Below are positions 26,906 to 34,159 of a stretch of 64,000 nt of DNA, piece by piece. The notes under the pieces were generated by a model, which was given only the letters and a program-made list of their open reading frames with translations, did not search any database and was not told the DNA's origin. Location: the sequence record LR597663. The stretch is one strand, 5' to 3'. The position numbers and the translations under genes are program-made. The DNA is from Escherichia phage VpaE1_ev78. Each line of letters starts with the position of its first letter. The first letter of the stretch is position 1.

Positions 26906-26993
26906 GTGTCGTTATCCCGTAGATGGTAGCGGTGGGGACTGTAAATCCCTTGTCATTGAGACTCGGTAGGTTCGACTCCTACACGGCACACCA
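26906..26993 (+). tRNA. tRNA-Tyr (GTA), long variable arm
   Basis: Acceptor gtgtcgt/acggcac, anticodon loop ctGTAaa, 88 nt with extra arm, T-arm gtagg-ttcgact-cctac, CCA encoded. Confidence 0.6.
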
Positions 26994-26998
26994 ATAAA

Positions 26999-27076
26999 GG
27001 TTATGTAGTTTAATTTGGTTAAAATACTCCCCTGTCACGGGAGATGATGAGGGTTCAAATCCCTTCGTAACCGCCA
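26999..27076 (+). tRNA. tRNA-Asp (GTC)
   Basis: Acceptor ggttatg/cgtaacc, anticodon stem ctccc/gggag with loop ctGTCac, T-loop ttcaaat, CCA encoded. Confidence 0.65.
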
Positions 27077-27137
27077 ATTTTGAGAGGGCTATTTAGCCCC
27101 TCCCTTAAAGAGTTCTTACGAGTATTCTTTAAAGGAG

Positions 27138-27211
27138 CAGAAGACCAAATACAGCAAGTTATTTAAAATTTCAAGCCAATTTAATTTTGAAAAATTTAAA
27201 ACTTGGTCTGG
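27138..27211 (+). repeat. Inverted-repeat-bracketed element, copy 3
   Basis: cagaagaccaaatacagcaag ... cttggtctgg. Confidence 0.5.
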
Positions 27212-27224
27212 CTCAACAAATTTA

Positions 27225-27355
27225 CAGAAGACCGTTTACAGCAAAACTTAACAATCTATTTCTCCGGTAAAGAAAAGGCGAAGGTTCGATTCCTTCACTC
27301 GGCAGATGTCGAGTTGGTGTAATGGTAGTACTTAAGATGATAAACAACGGTCTGG
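27225..27355 (+). ncRNA. Inverted-repeat-bracketed element, copy 4, carrying tRNA-like fragments (candidate structured ncRNA or decayed tRNA)
   Basis: Same conserved ends as copy 2; interior has a T-arm gaagg-ttcgatt-ccttc (27280-27296), a 7 bp hairpin (27297-27314) and a D-arm-like tggtgtaatggtagtac, but no anticodon arm. Confidence 0.4.
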
Positions 27356-27504
27356 TAATTATCTTTGTAGATAAGTTATTAAGCTTACCTGTGAGTATGC
27401 GACCACAAAGGGTGAAAGGGTAAATTCTAGATTTAAACCCAAAAAGGCACATCGCTACAGACCTTAAGCAAGTCTGGGTAGCTTATCTACAAAGATAATT
27501 TAAT

Positions 27505-27580
27505 GGAAGTGTAGCAGAATGGTGATGCGGCAGACTTTTAATCTGACAGGCGATGGGTTCGAATCCCTCCACTTCTACCA
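27505..27580 (+). tRNA. tRNA-Lys (TTT)
   Basis: Acceptor ggaagtg/cacttct, anticodon loop ctTTTaa, T-loop ttcgaat, CCA encoded; T-stem appears short. Confidence 0.5.
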
Positions 27581-27584
27581 ATAT

Positions 27585-27661
27585 GGTTCAGTCGCAGATA
27601 AGGTAATGCAAGGGTCTCATAAGCCCTATGAATGTGGGTTCGATTCCCATCTGAACCTCCA
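27585..27661 (+). tRNA. tRNA-Met (CAT)
   Basis: Acceptor ggttcag/ctgaacc, anticodon stem agggt/gccct with loop ctCATaa, T-arm gtggg-ttcgatt-cccat, CCA encoded. Confidence 0.6.
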
Positions 27662-27662
27662 A

Positions 27663-27738
27663 GCTGGTATAGTTAAGAAGGTTATAACACTCCCCTGATA
27701 AGGGAACATCGGTGGTTCGATTCCACCTACCAGTACCA
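27663..27738 (+). tRNA. tRNA-Ile (GAT)
   Basis: Acceptor gctggta/taccagt, D-stem gtta/taac, anticodon loop ctGATaa, T-arm ggtgg-ttcgatt-ccacc, CCA encoded. Confidence 0.65.
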
Positions 27739-27753
27739 ATTTCAATAAAGTTG

Positions 27754-27782
27754 TTGACATTGAGATGTGACTACTTTATAGT
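27754..27782 (+). promoter_or_regulatory. Sigma70-like promoter (TTGACA-17-TATAGT) inside tRNA region
   Basis: Consensus -35, 17 nt spacer, TATAGT -10. Confidence 0.55.
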
Positions 27783-27986
27783 AACCTTAGTTTTCGTTGC
27801 GTAGCGTCTATTTTGCAAATTTAAAATAAATGCAAACGACAATGTTTTTCTGGCAGTAGCTTGATAGGCTAAACACCAGTGAGGTCTTCCAATCCCTCAT
27901 CAAAGAATTTGGCGTACTCGCCCACGGTATGATTAATAAGGTGGGCATCTTTAAGGGCTTTCTAAGAGAGTCTTTAAAGATAATTA

Positions 27987-28068
27987 CGGGGCGTATCTCA
28001 GCGGTCTTCTAAACCGCCGTTAACCGAGTAAGTGGAGTATGCGGGTTCGAGTCCTGCCGCCTCGACCA
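27987..28068 (+). tRNA. Atypical tRNA-like gene (no clear D-arm; anticodon-type loop ctTCTaa); identity unresolved
   Basis: Acceptor cggggcg/cgcctcg, T-arm gcggg-ttcgagt-cctgc and CCA present; only one perfect 5 bp stem-loop in the body, 23 nt between it and the T-arm. Confidence 0.3.
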
Positions 28069-28082
28069 ATTTTGGAGAAATC

Positions 28083-28430
28083 ATGAAAACTTGTATTAGG
28101 TGCAAACTTAGCAAGGATGAAAATGATTTCTACATGAAAGATGGTAGGAGAACTCATTCATACTGTAAAAAGTGTGTTAATGAGCAAACCATAGAAAGAC
28201 AAAGAGCACTTAAACTCTCAGCTATTGAGTACAAAGGTGGGGTTTGTCACGATTGTGGTAAAAAGTATCATCCAGCAGTGTATGACTTCCATCATTTGAA
28301 TCCTTCAGAGAAAGATTTTAACATTGGTCATAGGAAAAGCCTTAAGTTCTCTCAAGAACTAAAAGATGAACTTGACAAATGTGTTTTGCTATGTTCAAAT
28401 TGCCATAGGGTAAGACATGCAAAGTATTAG
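28083..28430 (+). CDS. HNH endonuclease with N-terminal zinc finger
   Basis: Start at ATG (MKTCIRCK) with GGAG RBS; CxxC...CxxC then DFHHLNP...LLCSNCHRVRH (HNH motif); track start 28032 lies in the upstream tRNA. Confidence 0.6.
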   Translation: MKTCIRCKLSKDENDFYMKDGRRTHSYCKKCVNEQTIERQRALKLSAIEYKGGVCHDCGKKYHPAVYDFHHLNPSEKDFNIGHRKSLKFSQELKDELDKCVLLCSNCHRVRHAKY

Positions 28431-28573
28431 TTAGCAGATTACTTAGACGACCTAAGCGGGTCTTCCTGTAGGGAGGTGGTCTGTATCTCATGTTTTCCAG
28501 AACATGTAAATAATCTGAGAAGAAGCTTGACAGTGTTGAGATAACAGGGTAAGCTTCGAATTATAGTTTTAAT

Positions 28574-28644
28574 AGGGGTGAGCTATGGCAGCAATAGAGT
28601 CTCCAAAATTCTTGATTAGAGTTCGAATCTCTACACCCCTGCCA
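28574..28644 (+). tRNA. tRNA-Trp (CCA)
   Basis: Acceptor aggggtg/cacccct, anticodon loop ctCCAaa, T-arm tagag-ttcgaat-ctcta, CCA encoded. Confidence 0.5.
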
Positions 28645-28658
28645 GAACAGGTGCTTGT

Positions 28659-29063
28659 ATGAAACTTTGTAGAAAATGTTCTCAAGAAAAGCCTTTAAGC
28701 TGCTTTCATAAAAGAGGTAATGGCTATCAGTCTGCTTGCAAAGATTGTAAAGCTAAGTACTCAGCAAAGAGATACAAAGAAGACCCTACTTATAAAGCAA
28801 AAAGAAAAGTTAGGGCAAAATATGACAAAAAGAGGAACAGAGAGTTCCTTAGTAGATATAAAAAGTTTTGCAAATGCAGAATATGTGGCGAATCTGAGCC
28901 AGTAGCTTTGGATTTTCATCACTTAGACCCTAAAGAGAAAGATTTTGCTCCAAGCAATCTTAAAACTTACTCTAGGGGCACTATTAAGCGTGAAGTCCGT
29001 AAGTGTGTTGTGCTTTGTTCAAACTGTCATAGGAAAGTTCATGAAGGACTGTTAAGTATTTAA
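28659..29063 (+). CDS. HNH endonuclease with N-terminal zinc finger (paralog of 28083-28430)
   Basis: 134 aa; CRKCSQEK...CKDC zinc finger and DFHHLDPKEKDF...VLCSNCHRKVH HNH motif. Confidence 0.6.
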   Translation: MKLCRKCSQEKPLSCFHKRGNGYQSACKDCKAKYSAKRYKEDPTYKAKRKVRAKYDKKRNREFLSRYKKFCKCRICGESEPVALDFHHLDPKEKDFAPSNLKTYSRGTIKREVRKCVVLCSNCHRKVHEGLLSI

Positions 29064-29076
29064 CAGTCTTATTAGG

Positions 29077-29164
29077 GGTAGGTAGCGGCTAATGGTAGCC
29101 AAACTGTCTTGAAAACAGTTGCCACTGTAGAGATACGGTGAGGGTTCGACTCCTTTACTTACCG
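29077..29164 (+). tRNA. tRNA-Ser (TGA), long variable arm
   Basis: Acceptor ggtaggt/acttacc, anticodon stem actgt/acagt with loop ctTGAaa, 88 nt with extra arm. Confidence 0.6.
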
Positions 29165-29323
29165 CCTAATAAGATTTAAAGCCAAGCTTCATTCGGATGT
29201 TGCTTTGGTATCCCGCGTGTATTGTTGTACACACTGATAAAGCACCTAGTAGGTGTCACGGAGAAGAGATAATATCAAGCTCTCCAAAGGTTCTAGTCAC
29301 CGGATTAAACAAGACTATGCAAA

Positions 29324-29350
29324 GACCTTTTTAGGTCTTTTTAGAGGGCT
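29324..29350 (+). terminator. Terminator-like hairpin
   Basis: aaagacc-ttttta-ggtcttt followed by TTAG. Confidence 0.4.
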
Positions 29351-29421
29351 TCTAAGGTTATTACAGCTTGTTGTGGAACCTTGTTGCTTAGGTTCTTAGA
29401 AGTTCTCTAAAAAGATTTAAT

Positions 29422-29499
29422 GGGAGATTGACGGTAATTGGTAAACCTATCTCGCTTAGAACGAGATGTTTGAGGGTTCGAATCCCTTGTCTCCTACCA
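29422..29499 (+). tRNA. tRNA with anticodon TAG (Leu-type) but short variable loop
   Basis: Acceptor gggagat/gtctcct, perfect anticodon stem tctcg/cgaga with loop ctTAGaa, T-arm gaggg-ttcgaat-ccctt, CCA encoded; only 5 nt variable region. Confidence 0.45.
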
Positions 29500-29506
29500 A
29501 ATTAAT

Positions 29507-29582
29507 GCAGGTGTAGCAAAATGGTTATGCGGCTGACTCTTAATCAGTAAGACGATGGGTTCAATTCCCTCCACCTGTACCA
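29507..29582 (+). tRNA. tRNA-Lys (CTT)
   Basis: Acceptor gcaggtg/cacctgt, anticodon loop ctCTTaa, T region gatgggttcaattccctcc like the Lys(TTT) gene, CCA encoded. Confidence 0.5.
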
Positions 29583-29587
29583 AAAAT

Positions 29588-29663
29588 GGGGTCATAGTTT
29601 ATATGGTTAAAATTCGAGTTTTGCAAACTTGGGAACTGAGTTCAATTCTCAGTGACTCCACCA
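29588..29663 (+). tRNA. tRNA-Ala (TGC)
   Basis: Acceptor ggggtca/tgactcc, anticodon stem cgagt/acttg with loop ttTGCaa, T-arm ctgag-ttcaatt-ctcag, CCA encoded. Confidence 0.6.
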
Positions 29664-29669
29664 ATTAGT

Positions 29670-29744
29670 GCATCCATAGTTTAAACGGGAAAATTACAGT
29701 CTTCCAAACTGAGGTTGAGGGTTCGATTCCCTCTGGATGCTCCA
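29670..29744 (+). tRNA. tRNA-Gly (TCC)
   Basis: Acceptor gcatcca/tggatgc, anticodon loop ctTCCaa, T-arm gaggg-ttcgatt-ccctc, CCA encoded. Confidence 0.6.
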
Positions 29745-29751
29745 AATTAAT

Positions 29752-29827
29752 GCTCCTATCGTATAATTGGCTATTACGGTTGCCTTGTAAGTAACTTATC
29801 AGGGTTCGAATCCTTGTGGGAGCACCA
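29752..29827 (+). tRNA. tRNA-Thr (TGT)
   Basis: Acceptor gctccta/tgggagc, anticodon stem gttgc/gtaac with loop ctTGTaa, T-loop ttcgaat, CCA encoded. Confidence 0.6.
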
Positions 29828-29924
29828 ATTTAGAGGTCAAGTGAAAGACCGCTTTGAGTCAACTGAAGACCGTAACAAATTCCACGGAGTTGAGTTAGCG
29901 GCACAACTCCAGACCTCTTCTCAC

Positions 29925-29999
29925 ACTCGCTTAGTTTATATGGTAAAACACCACCCTTACAAGATGAAGAAAAAGGTTCAAGTCCTTTAGTGAGTACCA
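29925..29999 (+). tRNA. tRNA, anticodon uncertain (possibly TAC, Val)
   Basis: Acceptor actcgct/agtgagt, T-arm aaagg-ttcaagt-ccttt, CCA encoded; anticodon stem pairs poorly. Confidence 0.4.
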
Positions 30000-30000
30000 T

Positions 30001-30078
30001 GTTCCAGTATCCCAATTGGCAGAGGATGCAAGCTCAAACCTTGTACTAGTGATGGTTCGAATCCATCTTGGAACACCA
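30001..30078 (+). tRNA. tRNA with anticodon CAA (Leu-type) but short variable loop
   Basis: Acceptor gttccag/ttggaac, anticodon stem gcaag/cttgt with loop ctCAAac, T-arm gatgg-ttcgaat-ccatc, CCA encoded. Confidence 0.45.
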
Positions 30079-30083
30079 ATTTT

Positions 30084-30159
30084 GCAGGATTAGTTCAAAT
30101 GGATAGAGCAACAGTCTACGAAGCTGTTAATAGGGGTTCAAATCCCTTATCCTGCGCCA
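30084..30159 (+). tRNA. tRNA-Arg (ACG)
   Basis: Acceptor gcaggat/atcctgc, anticodon stem acagt/gctgt with loop ctACGaa, T-loop ttcaaat, CCA encoded. Confidence 0.6.
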
Positions 30160-30178
30160 ATTTAAAGAGGCTATTTAG

Positions 30179-30736
30179 ATGAGATATTTGAAGTATGCTT
30201 CATGGATTTTCTTAGCTTTGTTAGAACCATTTGCAGCAATCTTAGCAGTTATCTTAGCACCTTTTGTAGTTCCATTCTACAGTGAGAAGAAAGGACACTT
30301 ACCTTTCGGGTTCAGATGGATGGAGACATATGACAACCCAATTGATGGTGATGAAGGTCACGTTAAAAGATGGGCTAATATTAGATGGATTGGTAAACTA
30401 GGTGTCTACATGCAAAGAGTCGGATGGCTCTGGAGAAACAAAGCTTATAACTTCTCTTACCATGTGTTAGGAAGAGATGTAAAAGATGTTACTAAGTGGA
30501 AAGGTAATATCAACGTAAGTTCTAACCCTGAAGATAATCAGACAGGTTATCTCCTAATGTGGAACAGTAATGCTTGGGGATTATTCGCTTTTACCCCATC
30601 AATTAAAATCTTTGGTAAACAGTTTTACTGGAGAATTTATATTGGGTGGAAGCTAAAAAGTGTTGTCCCAGAAGAAAGAGCATTCTCAAGGGAAAGAGTT
30701 ATGTTGGCATTCTTTATTCATCCACTAAGAAAGTAA
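30179..30736 (+). CDS. Hypothetical membrane protein embedded in tRNA array
   Basis: 185 aa; AAGAGG RBS; hydrophobic N-terminus WIFLALLEPFAAILAVILAPFVVPF; Trp-rich. Confidence 0.5.
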   Translation: MRYLKYASWIFLALLEPFAAILAVILAPFVVPFYSEKKGHLPFGFRWMETYDNPIDGDEGHVKRWANIRWIGKLGVYMQRVGWLWRNKAYNFSYHVLGRDVKDVTKWKGNINVSSNPEDNQTGYLLMWNSNAWGLFAFTPSIKIFGKQFYWRIYIGWKLKSVVPEERAFSRERVMLAFFIHPLRK

Positions 30737-30744
30737 AGATTTAA

Positions 30745-30820
30745 AGGGGATTAGTTTACAAGGTTAAAACCTCGGTCTTTGAAATCGAAGAAGTTGGTTC
30801 AATTCCAACATCCCCCGCCA
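30745..30820 (+). tRNA. tRNA-Gln (TTG)
   Basis: Acceptor aggggat/atccccc with 1-72 mismatch, anticodon loop ctTTGaa, T-arm gttgg-ttcaatt-ccaac, CCA encoded. Confidence 0.5.
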
Positions 30821-30822
30821 AT

Positions 30823-30901
30823 GCTCCATTACTCCAATTGGCAGAGAGGCCAGACTTAAAATCTGTGTTATGTATCGGTTCGAATCCGATATGGAGTACC
30901 A
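30823..30901 (+). tRNA. tRNA with anticodon TAA (Leu-type), atypical fold
   Basis: Acceptor gctccat/atggagt, 4 bp anticodon stem with loop ctTAAaa, T-arm atcgg-ttcgaat-ccgat, CCA encoded; 8 nt variable region. Confidence 0.4.
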
Positions 30902-30905
30902 AATT

Positions 30906-30981
30906 TAGCGGTATAGCATAACTGGCAATGCAGCAGCCTCTGAAGCTGTCCTATTAAGGTTCAAATCCTTATGCCGCTGCC
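30906..30981 (+). tRNA. tRNA-Gln (CTG)
   Basis: Acceptor agcggta/tgccgct, anticodon stem gcagc/gctgt with loop ctCTGaa, T-loop ttcaaat, CCA encoded. Confidence 0.5.
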
Positions 30982-31012
30982 ACTTCTAAGGATTCTTACG
31001 AGAGTCCTTAAA

Positions 31013-31088
31013 TGTGGCCTTATCATAAATGGTAATGACCCATGCTGTGAACATGGTCTATACGGGTTCAAATCCCGTAGGTCACCCC
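31013..31088 (+). tRNA. tRNA-His (GTG)
   Basis: Acceptor gtggcct/aggtcac, D-stem tcat/atga, perfect anticodon stem ccatg/catgg with loop ctGTGaa, discriminator C, CCA encoded. Confidence 0.65.
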
Positions 31089-31092
31089 AATT

Positions 31093-31168
31093 TATAGTCC
31101 AAGTAGCTTATATGGTTAAAGCGCGTGTCTGAAAAACATGAGAAGAGGGTTCAAATCCCACTGGACTA
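31093..31168 (+). tRNA. tRNA-Phe (GAA)
   Basis: Perfect 7 bp acceptor tagtcca/tggacta, anticodon stem cgtgt/acatg with loop ctGAAaa, T-loop ttcaaat. Confidence 0.6.
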
Positions 31169-31187
31169 CCAATTTCAAAGGTGCTTA

Positions 31188-31922
31188 ATGAAAGAGATGA
31201 CAGAACAAGGTAAGGAGATTTTTAATCTCTTAAAAACCGGTAAAGGGTTCTCTAACCCACTTATTACTGGTGCAGCAGTTCTCGGTGGAACCGTAGCTGC
31301 TTCTACATCACTTGTAAGCTCTATTAGTTCTGTAACAGACCCTACAATGAAGGAGAAACTTGTTGCTGCTGGACTTACAACAGTCCTTCTAAACAGCTTT
31401 ACAACAAGCCTTACAAGCACTACAGCAACTACTAAAACTCTGACAGACTACGGTCAAAAGTCTATTGATGAGTTTTCATCACGTATGCAGGTAGCAAAGG
31501 GGTATTCCAATGTTATGGGTGCAGCAGGAGAACAAGTTGGTTGTACACCATTCAGTGGTATCATGGGTGTTGCTACAGAGTATGGTCAAAAAGCTATTGA
31601 CATGATGAACAGTACACTAGATAGTGTTAATGGTGTGTTAAGTGACTTGCAAGATGCTATTGATAAGGGTCTTGATACTGTTTCTGATTTAGCTAATCAG
31701 GCTGTTAGTAAGATTAATGAAGGTATTTCAAAGATTACAGCTTATGCAGATGAAGTTGTGCAGATGATTGAAGAAGAAGCTGCCCTTATTGCAGAGTACC
31801 TTAAAACGAATATCAATGGGTTCTTAGCAGGTATCTTACCAGACTGGTTTGATGATGCCTGTAAAACTGGTGTGATTGACACTATTGCAACACCAGAAAT
31901 GAAGAGCGCATTACAGAAATAA
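31188..31922 (+). CDS. Hypothetical Ser/Thr-rich protein
   Basis: Start at internal ATG (MKEMTEQ) with AAAGGTG RBS, because track start 31125 lies inside tRNA-Phe. Confidence 0.45.
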   Translation: MKEMTEQGKEIFNLLKTGKGFSNPLITGAAVLGGTVAASTSLVSSISSVTDPTMKEKLVAAGLTTVLLNSFTTSLTSTTATTKTLTDYGQKSIDEFSSRMQVAKGYSNVMGAAGEQVGCTPFSGIMGVATEYGQKAIDMMNSTLDSVNGVLSDLQDAIDKGLDTVSDLANQAVSKINEGISKITAYADEVVQMIEEEAALIAEYLKTNINGFLAGILPDWFDDACKTGVIDTIATPEMKSALQK

Positions 31923-31924
31923 AT

Positions 31925-32017
31925 GGAAGATTAACCCTAAAAGGTAAGGGAGCAGTTTGCTAAACTGCCAGTAGCTGAGAAATCGGTGTACCAGTTCAAG
32001 TCTGGTATCTTCCTCCA
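31925..32017 (+). tRNA. tRNA-Ser (GCT), long variable arm
   Basis: Acceptor ggaagat/atcttcc, anticodon stem gcagt/actgc with loop ttGCTaa, 93 nt with extra arm, CCA encoded. Confidence 0.65.
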
Positions 32018-32021
32018 ATTT

Positions 32022-32097
32022 GAATCCGTGACAGAAATGGCTATGTGCCTGTCTGCAAAACAGGTTTATAAGGGTTCGAGTCCCTTCGGATTCTCCA
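32022..32097 (+). tRNA. tRNA-Cys (GCA)
   Basis: Acceptor gaatccg/cggattc, anticodon stem cctgt/acagg with loop ctGCAaa, T-arm aaggg-ttcgagt-ccctt, CCA encoded. Confidence 0.65.
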
Positions 32098-32262
32098 AGT
32101 TATTTTACTCTCTCTCAATTAAAATAATAATAATGCCCTGCTATAAGTATTCTTCCTTTCGCTACCGAAGAGTATTTTTAGACAGGGCTTTTTTACAGAG
32201 TTATACTTTATAAGAAGGCTTATACAGTATGTCTCTGACGTACATTGTGGTTTCTCCTTGAC

Positions 32263-32292
32263 GGTCTCTGTGCCGTCTTTTTTAAGGAGAAA
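32263..32292 (+). terminator. Rho-independent terminator closing the tRNA unit
   Basis: gacggtctc-tgt-gccgtc followed by TTTTTTAA, just upstream of the structural operon RBS. Confidence 0.55.
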
Positions 32293-32319
32293 CATGGTTA
32301 ATTATTTGGAGAAAACATA

Positions 32320-32520
32320 ATGAGTGAGACCGTTTATAAAGAACTTTATGAAGCTAATAAGAAGCTAGAATTTATGCAGAATACTATCATGGCAATTGCA
32401 GACAGATTGTCTGTAGCAACAGGTATTGATATTAAAGAAGCATCTATGGATGCACTTCTTGATGCTGTTGATGCAAAGTTCGAAGTTAAGAAAGAAGAGA
32501 CTGCTACAGACTCTGAATAA
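32320..32520 (+). CDS. Small protein upstream of large terminase
   Basis: 66 aa ORF with GGAGA RBS; too small to call a small terminase with confidence. Confidence 0.4.
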   Translation: MSETVYKELYEANKKLEFMQNTIMAIADRLSVATGIDIKEASMDALLDAVDAKFEVKKEETATDSE

Positions 32521-32541
32521 TTCTATTTGCGGAGGCGCTTA

Positions 32542-34143
32542 ATGGACTTAAATGCTGTTAAGCAGAAGCGAGTGGAAGATGTTAGGAAAGTCCTAGCTGG
32601 AGAGTTGGGGCTTTCTGATGAAGTAAAAGAAATTATCAAATCATTCGGTAAAGACCCCTCTAAATTCCTTCCAACTCAAATTCTGACTTTATTAAGATAC
32701 ACACCAGACCAAGTTCGCCTTATCTTTAAATTGATGACTGATAAGAACTATGTAGCCCCTCAACCGGGTTCTCAAGAGGTCTTTTTAAATACTAATGCTG
32801 ACTTGGTTCTTTATGGTGGTGCTGCTGGTGCTGGTAAAACTGCTGCATTGTTAATGGACTCTTTAAGATTTATTGAAGACCCTAACTATAATGCTGTATA
32901 TTTCCGTCGAAATACAACACAGTTACAAGGTGGTTTATGGCCTGCTGCAAAGAAACTATTTGGTAAGTTTGGTGGGATTCCTCACGAGCAGAAGATGACT
33001 ATCACATTCCCTTCTGGGGCAACTATCAAGTTTACCTACCTAGAACTTGAAAAGCACGCTGAAGGTCATCAGGGTATTGAATACTCAGCTATTTACTTTG
33101 ACGAAGGTACACACTTCTCTGCTTCACAGATTTCATACCTACAAACCCGTCTACGTTCTGGTGCTGAAGGCGATTCATACATGAAGATTTCCATGAACCC
33201 AGACAGAGACCATTTTATTTATGATTGGGTAGAACCATTCTTAGATGAAGAAGGTTATCCAGACCCTGAAAAGTGTGGTCGTATTCGTTGGTATGTAATG
33301 AATGATGGTGTGATGGTTTCTGATTGGGAGAGAGACAAGATTCTTGAAATGTTCCCTCTTGAGATTCCTCAAACATACACCTTTATCTCTGGTACGATTG
33401 ATGATAACCCAATCCTTGACTTCTTAGAGCCTAAGTACCGTGGTAAGTTGGAAAACAACACCCCTGTAAACGTTGCAAGACTTCGTTTCGGTAACTGGAA
33501 GGCTCGTGCAGAAGGTTCAAACTATTGGCAAAGACAATGGTGTGAAATTGTTGATTCACTCCCAGAAGATGTATTTGATGTTAGAGCATGGGACTTAGCA
33601 GCAACTTTACCATCTGAGATTAACCCTAATCCAGACTGGACAGCAGGTGTTAAGATGGGTAAATCTAAAAAAGACGGTTGCTATTATATCATTGATGTAG
33701 TAAGATTTAGAGATAGACCCTCTGGAGTCGAAACACAAATTAATTTGACTGCTGAAAGTGACGGTAAGCGAACTGGTATTTTTATCCCTCAAGACCCAGG
33801 CGCTGCTGGTAAATCCTACGCAACATCCCTCATCAGGAAACTTGCCGAGAAAGGCTATCGTGCAAGAGCTAAACCAACAAATAAAGATAAAGTTACCCGA
33901 TTTGCGGGGTTTTCTGCTGCTTCTGAAGCTGGACTTGTAAAAGTCTTGAGAGGTAGTTGGAACGAAGCTTACTTCCAAGAACTTGAAGGCTTTTGTGGTG
34001 ATGGTAAAACTAAAGATGACCAAGTGGATGCTACCAGTGATGCTTTCAACAGTCTTAACGAAGTTAAATTATTCAAGCCACCATCAATGGGTGCTCACAC
34101 AGACTTAGTGAGAGGAAACCCATATGAGGGGCTTAGACGTTGA
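32542..34143 (+). CDS. Terminase large subunit
   Basis: About 533 aa from ATG after GGAGG RBS (track used TTG at 32527); Walker A-like GGAAGAGKT; first gene of head operon. Confidence 0.6.
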   Translation: MDLNAVKQKRVEDVRKVLAGELGLSDEVKEIIKSFGKDPSKFLPTQILTLLRYTPDQVRLIFKLMTDKNYVAPQPGSQEVFLNTNADLVLYGGAAGAGKTAALLMDSLRFIEDPNYNAVYFRRNTTQLQGGLWPAAKKLFGKFGGIPHEQKMTITFPSGATIKFTYLELEKHAEGHQGIEYSAIYFDEGTHFSASQISYLQTRLRSGAEGDSYMKISMNPDRDHFIYDWVEPFLDEEGYPDPEKCGRIRWYVMNDGVMVSDWERDKILEMFPLEIPQTYTFISGTIDDNPILDFLEPKYRGKLENNTPVNVARLRFGNWKARAEGSNYWQRQWCEIVDSLPEDVFDVRAWDLAATLPSEINPNPDWTAGVKMGKSKKDGCYYIIDVVRFRDRPSGVETQINLTAESDGKRTGIFIPQDPGAAGKSYATSLIRKLAEKGYRARAKPTNKDKVTRFAGFSAASEAGLVKVLRGSWNEAYFQELEGFCGDGKTKDDQVDATSDAFNSLNEVKLFKPPSMGAHTDLVRGNPYEGLRR

Positions 34144-34159
34144 TAGCTAGGTGAGAAGA

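Noticed and set aside
26485-27452. Minus-strand track ORFs 26485-26736 and 27222-27452
   Set aside because: They lie across tRNA genes and inverted-repeat elements on the opposite strand.
28032-28082. Upstream extensions of track ORFs at 28032, 31125, 10649 and 11035
   Set aside because: The extended starts run into tRNA genes or conserved regulatory cassettes; internal ATGs with proper RBS spacing were used.
29830-30015. Minus-strand 61 aa ORF and plus-strand ORF 31986-32213 within the tRNA array
   Set aside because: Both overlap hand-folded tRNA genes on the plus strand and have no RBS.
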